Positions 60,416-64,000 of a DNA stretch of 64,000 nucleotides are shown one piece after another. The position numbers were made by a program, and so were the translations under genes. The notes beneath the pieces were generated by a model. It saw nothing but the letters and a program-made list of their open reading frames with translations, did not search any database and had not been told where the DNA came from. Every line of letters begins with the position of its first letter. Position 1 is the first letter of the stretch. This DNA comes from Nitrospirota bacterium (lineage in GTDB: Bacteria; Nitrospirota; Thermodesulfovibrionia; Thermodesulfovibrionales; Dissulfurispiraceae): contig CAWBMP010000005.1 in NCBI GenBank assembly GCA_963790025.1, positions 192,001-256,000 on the forward strand, written 5' to 3'.

Positions 60416-60864
60416 TGCTGACTTGATTCCTCATCTTTCGCATCAGGACTGTCGGTTCCGCACATGAATTAGTTCATCTCATAACCTACATTATTCTTGA
60501 TAAATTGTCGAGTCTCGCGCTGTGACGCTACCAGCCCTGCCTGCCTGTTGCCTCAAGTAAAAATCCATTCGAAAATATTTCTTTTTAACGGGTTACATCA
60601 CGCTATAAGCAGCCTGGCTTTCACTGTTATTTTTGAAAACTAGCAATGTAGTTGAGATGTTCGGAGCGCCAGTTACTTGGTGGAACAAATAATCCATGAG
60701 GGAATAAGAGCAGAACATTTTGATATGATGCCGCATGGCGATACTGTATAAAAGCGTCCACAGCATGACGAAATTGCTCCCTCCTTTAACGAAATAATAA
60801 ATAAATATCTGGAAGCTCTTAGATTAGTGACTATTCCAGCTAACAGCGTTTGCATAGGGCATCA

Positions 60865-61314
60865 TCACCTAACCGGGATCGCGACAAAGTCCTGCCTCCT
60901 TCTGTCCCACAGGTACCCCTTGAAATCCCGCACATGTTTTGCGTAGACTGCGACCACGACTTGCACGGCGTCGGGGAACTCGGGTTCGCCGAAGGTCGTC
61001 TGAACGTCCTTGTCCATCCGGGAGAAATAGGCGTCGCAGTCGATGTGGGAGTGGTAAAAGGCAATGACCTTCTCTCCGGCTGCTGCCGCGTCCCTCATGA
61101 TCCGATCCGCTTCATCCCGGTTCATGACATAAGCCTCACGGCTTGTGCGCGGATAGCTTTCGGGGTCCTTTGCGTGACGTTCGTCCTGTATGTTCTCGCA
61201 TCGGTGGACGTTCTGCACTTCCGTTGTGCCTGTTACGATGCCGCAGCATTCCGCCGGATATTCGGCGATAGCATGCCTGGTGATAACATTGACAGCTTCA
61301 TCGGTTAGTCGCAT
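60865..61314 (-). CDS. Mov34/JAMM (M67, Mec+-like) metallopeptidase
   Basis: YPAECCG and FYHSH....AYFS..D. Confidence 0.88.
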   Translation of the reverse strand: MRLTDEAVNVITRHAIAEYPAECCGIVTGTTEVQNVHRCENIQDERHAKDPESYPRTSREAYVMNRDEADRIMRDAAAAGEKVIAFYHSHIDCDAYFSRMDKDVQTTFGEPEFPDAVQVVVAVYAKHVRDFKGYLWDRRRQDFVAIPVR

Positions 61315-61317
61315 GTC

Positions 61318-62247
61318 TTAGAATTCCATGCTCAAATACCTGTCCCCGCCATCCGGAAACATGACCACGATAACGCCCTCCGTCATTTTTTCAGCCATCC
61401 TTAGCGCCGCTGCCAGGGCAGCGCCAGAGGAGTAGCCTACGAAGAGCCCTTCCTCCCTGATAATCCTTTTTGTCATGTCGTAAGCGGTCTCCGTATCAAC
61501 GAACAGGGGTTCATCCGGAAAGCTCATATTGAAGATGCCGGGGATAATCGCGTCTTCTCCCAAAAACTTCATCCCCTCGATGCCGTGAAATGCGTCGTTG
61601 GGATGAACGGCTATGATCTTTACTGCCGGACGAAACTCCCTGAGCGCTCGTCCCGTTCCCATGATCGTGCCGCCGGTTCCGACGCAGGCTATGAAGTGGG
61701 TCATGCGGCCTTTAGTCTGGTGTATGATTTCGGGGCCGGTAGTCAGATAGTGAGCCATCACGTTTGACGGATTGTTGTACTGGTCCGGCTGATAGTATTG
61801 GTCGGGGTGCTCCCGTAGAATCTCTTTTGCCATCCTGATGGCACCGTCCGCACCTTCGAAGGGACTCGATAGTACCAGTTCAGCGCCGAAACCTGCTATG
61901 ATTTTCTTCCGTTCTGCGCTTGCGTTTTCCGGTATCACGATCCGGACGCGATATCCTTTCACGGCCCCGATCATTGCATACGCGATCCCGGTGTTGCCGG
62001 ACGTGGAATCGAGAATAATTTTGCCTGGAGTCAAAAGGCCCGCGGCTTCGGCATCGCTAATCATGCGGTAGGCCGCGCGGTCCTTCACCGAGCCTCCGGG
62101 GTTTCCGCGCTCCACTTTGGCAAAAATGGAAATCCGCGGACCGAGGTGCCGTGCAAGCCTCGTGATCTGGACCAGTGGTGTTTGGCCGATGGTATCGAGC
62201 GCTGATGCAGATGCCTGCGAAGCCGATTTTTCAGGAGGCTTTACCAT
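61318..62247 (-). CDS. cysM: PLP-dependent cysteine synthase
   Basis: IGQTPLV, NPGGSVKDR, TSGNTGIA, GTGGT, FPDGGDRYLS. Confidence 0.9.
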   Translation of the reverse strand: MVKPPEKSASQASASALDTIGQTPLVQITRLARHLGPRISIFAKVERGNPGGSVKDRAAYRMISDAEAAGLLTPGKIILDSTSGNTGIAYAMIGAVKGYRVRIVIPENASAERKKIIAGFGAELVLSSPFEGADGAIRMAKEILREHPDQYYQPDQYNNPSNVMAHYLTTGPEIIHQTKGRMTHFIACVGTGGTIMGTGRALREFRPAVKIIAVHPNDAFHGIEGMKFLGEDAIIPGIFNMSFPDEPLFVDTETAYDMTKRIIREEGLFVGYSSGAALAAALRMAEKMTEGVIVVMFPDGGDRYLSMEF

Positions 62248-62739
62248 AGATTAATCATATTATAGCAGCAGTGAGGGAAATGATAAGAAGTCACCGGCGG
62301 ATTTGACTGTTGGGCGCAATTCAATAACTCAAGGTCGTAATTTCAGGAAAGATGCACAGCGTTTGTTTCTGGTATGTAACAAACAAACGATTTCTAACAT
62401 ATTCTCGAAAAAATCAACACTGTAGCTGAGATGTCTGTAGTGTGTAATTCTTGGTGAAGTGGCAACTATTACTGAAGATTCCGAATTACTTCTTTTCAGA
62501 CAATTGTCGATAAAGGTTTCTTTCGGCATTTCACATGGAGGCAAATCTAAGCTCGATCCTAACTCAATGGAGAAGTTCTTTCCGAGGTATGGCGGATGCC
62601 TAAAGTTATGTCCCGTACTCCGCAGGTATAAAAAAATAAGGCGGGTCACAGGTACTGTAGCAACCGTTTACGATCGCATTCTTATATCCGACTCGTTGGT
62701 CTATTCCTGCGTTTTCCAGAACGACCACGTTCAGACAGT

Positions 62740-62961
62740 TCATGTGAGTGAGATCAAGATTCTTGGGGAAGAATTCTTATTTTTTTTGACAATTACTGAC
62801 GGGCAATATTTGCTTATCCCTGCCGCGTTCCGCACCGGCTTTACAATCACGATATCATTTGCTACTTCGAAATAGACCGAGTTTGTCTTGAGTCTGTCCC
62901 GGATTTCTTTCGGAATGGTCACCTGCCCCTTCCGCGTGATCTTTATTGCTGCGGTTGTCAT
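62740..62961 (-). CDS. AbrB/MazE-family antitoxin-like protein, orphan and possibly 3'-disrupted
   Basis: KITRKGQVTIPKEIRDRL; no cognate toxin ORF recognised downstream. Confidence 0.7.
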   Translation of the reverse strand: MTTAAIKITRKGQVTIPKEIRDRLKTNSVYFEVANDIVIVKPVRNAAGISKYCPSVIVKKNKNSSPRILISLT

Positions 62962-63113
62962 GCTGTATCACCTTACCTTTTTTATTGGTATTACTCTATT
63001 AAATAGAAATACTAAATTGATGATGGCGTCGATACCCGGCATGACTGCTGTACGAGGCAACGCCGGTGTGGAGGACCACGTCGCAGGCCAGGTCAAGGCC
63101 GGACTTTTATAAC

Positions 63114-63563
63114 TTATGACAGCTCAAGCGCTTTTTTTACCGCATCTTCGGCACTGCTTGCCCTGACTATACCTTTTATGTCCCAGGTGCCGATGCCGAT
63201 CACGGTTTTTCCGGTCTTGAGAGCGAAGGCTATTTCGGAAAGGGTGCCGTATTCTCCTCCGACAGCGATCAGGGCATCGGCGCAACGGACGATAATAACA
63301 TTCCTTCCTTCTCCTAATCCTGTGGCTACCGGCACATCTATATAGGGATTGGCGGCGCTCTTTTCGAGCCCGGGCAGTATGCCCACCGTCATACCGCCCC
63401 CGGACGTTGCTCCCCTGGCAGCGGCCTCCATCACCCCGCCGAGTCCGCCGCACACCAGGATAGCCCCGCTGAGAGCGATGAACCTTCCAACTTCTTCTGC
63501 AACAGTCAACAGAGCTTCACCTGCATTTCCGGCGCCTATGACTCCGATGATCTTTTTCTCCAT
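63114..63563 (-). CDS. LOG/TIGR00725 family protein
   Basis: IGVIG, CGGLGGVMEAA, VGILPG, RNVIIV, GGEYGTLSEI. Confidence 0.88.
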   Translation of the reverse strand: MEKKIIGVIGAGNAGEALLTVAEEVGRFIALSGAILVCGGLGGVMEAAARGATSGGGMTVGILPGLEKSAANPYIDVPVATGLGEGRNVIIVRCADALIAVGGEYGTLSEIAFALKTGKTVIGIGTWDIKGIVRASSAEDAVKKALELS

Positions 63564-63636
63564 AAGGATAATTATAATCCATCTGAACAGAAAACAGGCA
63601 CTCGATGCATTACGAACGAAAACTGTCCACATTGCA

Positions 63637-63999
63637 TTACAACTTGAATCTTCTGAATATATAGAACTTAGGGAAATCAATACCGAGCGTAACAACTGCC
63701 GAAAATACCAGAACGCTGAGAACCTGATAAGACGTGAGGGACGGAACAAAGATACCGTACACGCCCAACAATGCAAAACCGATTATGGTGCTCGCGCTCA
63801 GGATAAGCAACTCCCTCCCAGGCATGGAGGACCAGAAGTGCCTTCTCTCTCTAACTATCAGCACTCTGAACTGACTGTTGAATATCAGATTCAGCATGAC
63901 AAGGGTGCGCAGCTTTTCCCATTCGAGATTAAAATAATCCTTACCTATCAGGATGACCAGCATCCCTTCGATAACCAGGAGCATCCCGGGGACAAGCGA
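63637..63999 (-). CDS. C-terminus of a P-type ATPase, probably the proton-efflux type (5'-truncated)
   Basis: Four TM segments with Q..V..VRERRHFWSS.P motif; frame open to the window edge. Confidence 0.6.
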   Translation of the reverse strand, partial: SLVPGMLLVIEGMLVILIGKDYFNLEWEKLRTLVMLNLIFNSQFRVLIVRERRHFWSSMPGRELLILSASTIIGFALLGVYGIFVPSLTSYQVLSVLVFSAVVTLGIDFPKFYIFRRFKL

Positions 64000-64000
64000 T

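Noticed and set aside
60673..60855. Possible CysO/MoaD carrier after the JAMM gene
   Set aside because: No C-terminal Gly-Gly or beta-grasp-like pattern
62329..62875. ORFs downstream of the AbrB gene as its toxin
   Set aside because: No PIN, MazF or other toxin motif recognised in the frames examined; likely decayed sequence

Overview
Bacterial chromosomal window. Gene content suggests a Nitrospirota- or Desulfobacterota-like organism, but this is inference only. 1-12.3 kb: 3' part of a DUF748 gene, several small ORFs, a 2.9k-aa cyclic beta-1,2-glucan synthase and a YihY gene. 12.4-29.6 kb: a decayed stack of integrative islands centred on a minus-strand tRNA-Arg(CCT) at 28458-28534. The tRNA has displaced 3'-half copies on one side and 5'-half copies on the other, with IHF, arm-type and 10-bp-phased motifs. 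Cargo includes a 1673-aa nucleoside phosphorylase / TRADD-N-like / STAND NTPase protein (Avs-like immune receptor candidate), attC-like cassette remnants, Fic, and RelE/ParE, AbiE and DUF6516 toxin-antitoxin modules. 31-56.7 kb: a Rieske / cytochrome b-c-c complex, gnd coupled to a complete nuoA-N operon (fused NuoCD), and tkt-tal-rpiB-zwf-pgl. Many intergenic spaces there contain small palindromic or hexamer elements. 56.9-59.7 kb: a RAYT-like Y1 transposase bracketed by 27-bp inverted repeats, with a frameshifted IS110 inserted precisely into the right repeat. 60-64 kb: DsrC-like, Mov34/JAMM, cysteine synthase, orphan AbrB, LOG-family and a partial P-type ATPase gene. All family assignments come from motif recognition, not database searches.
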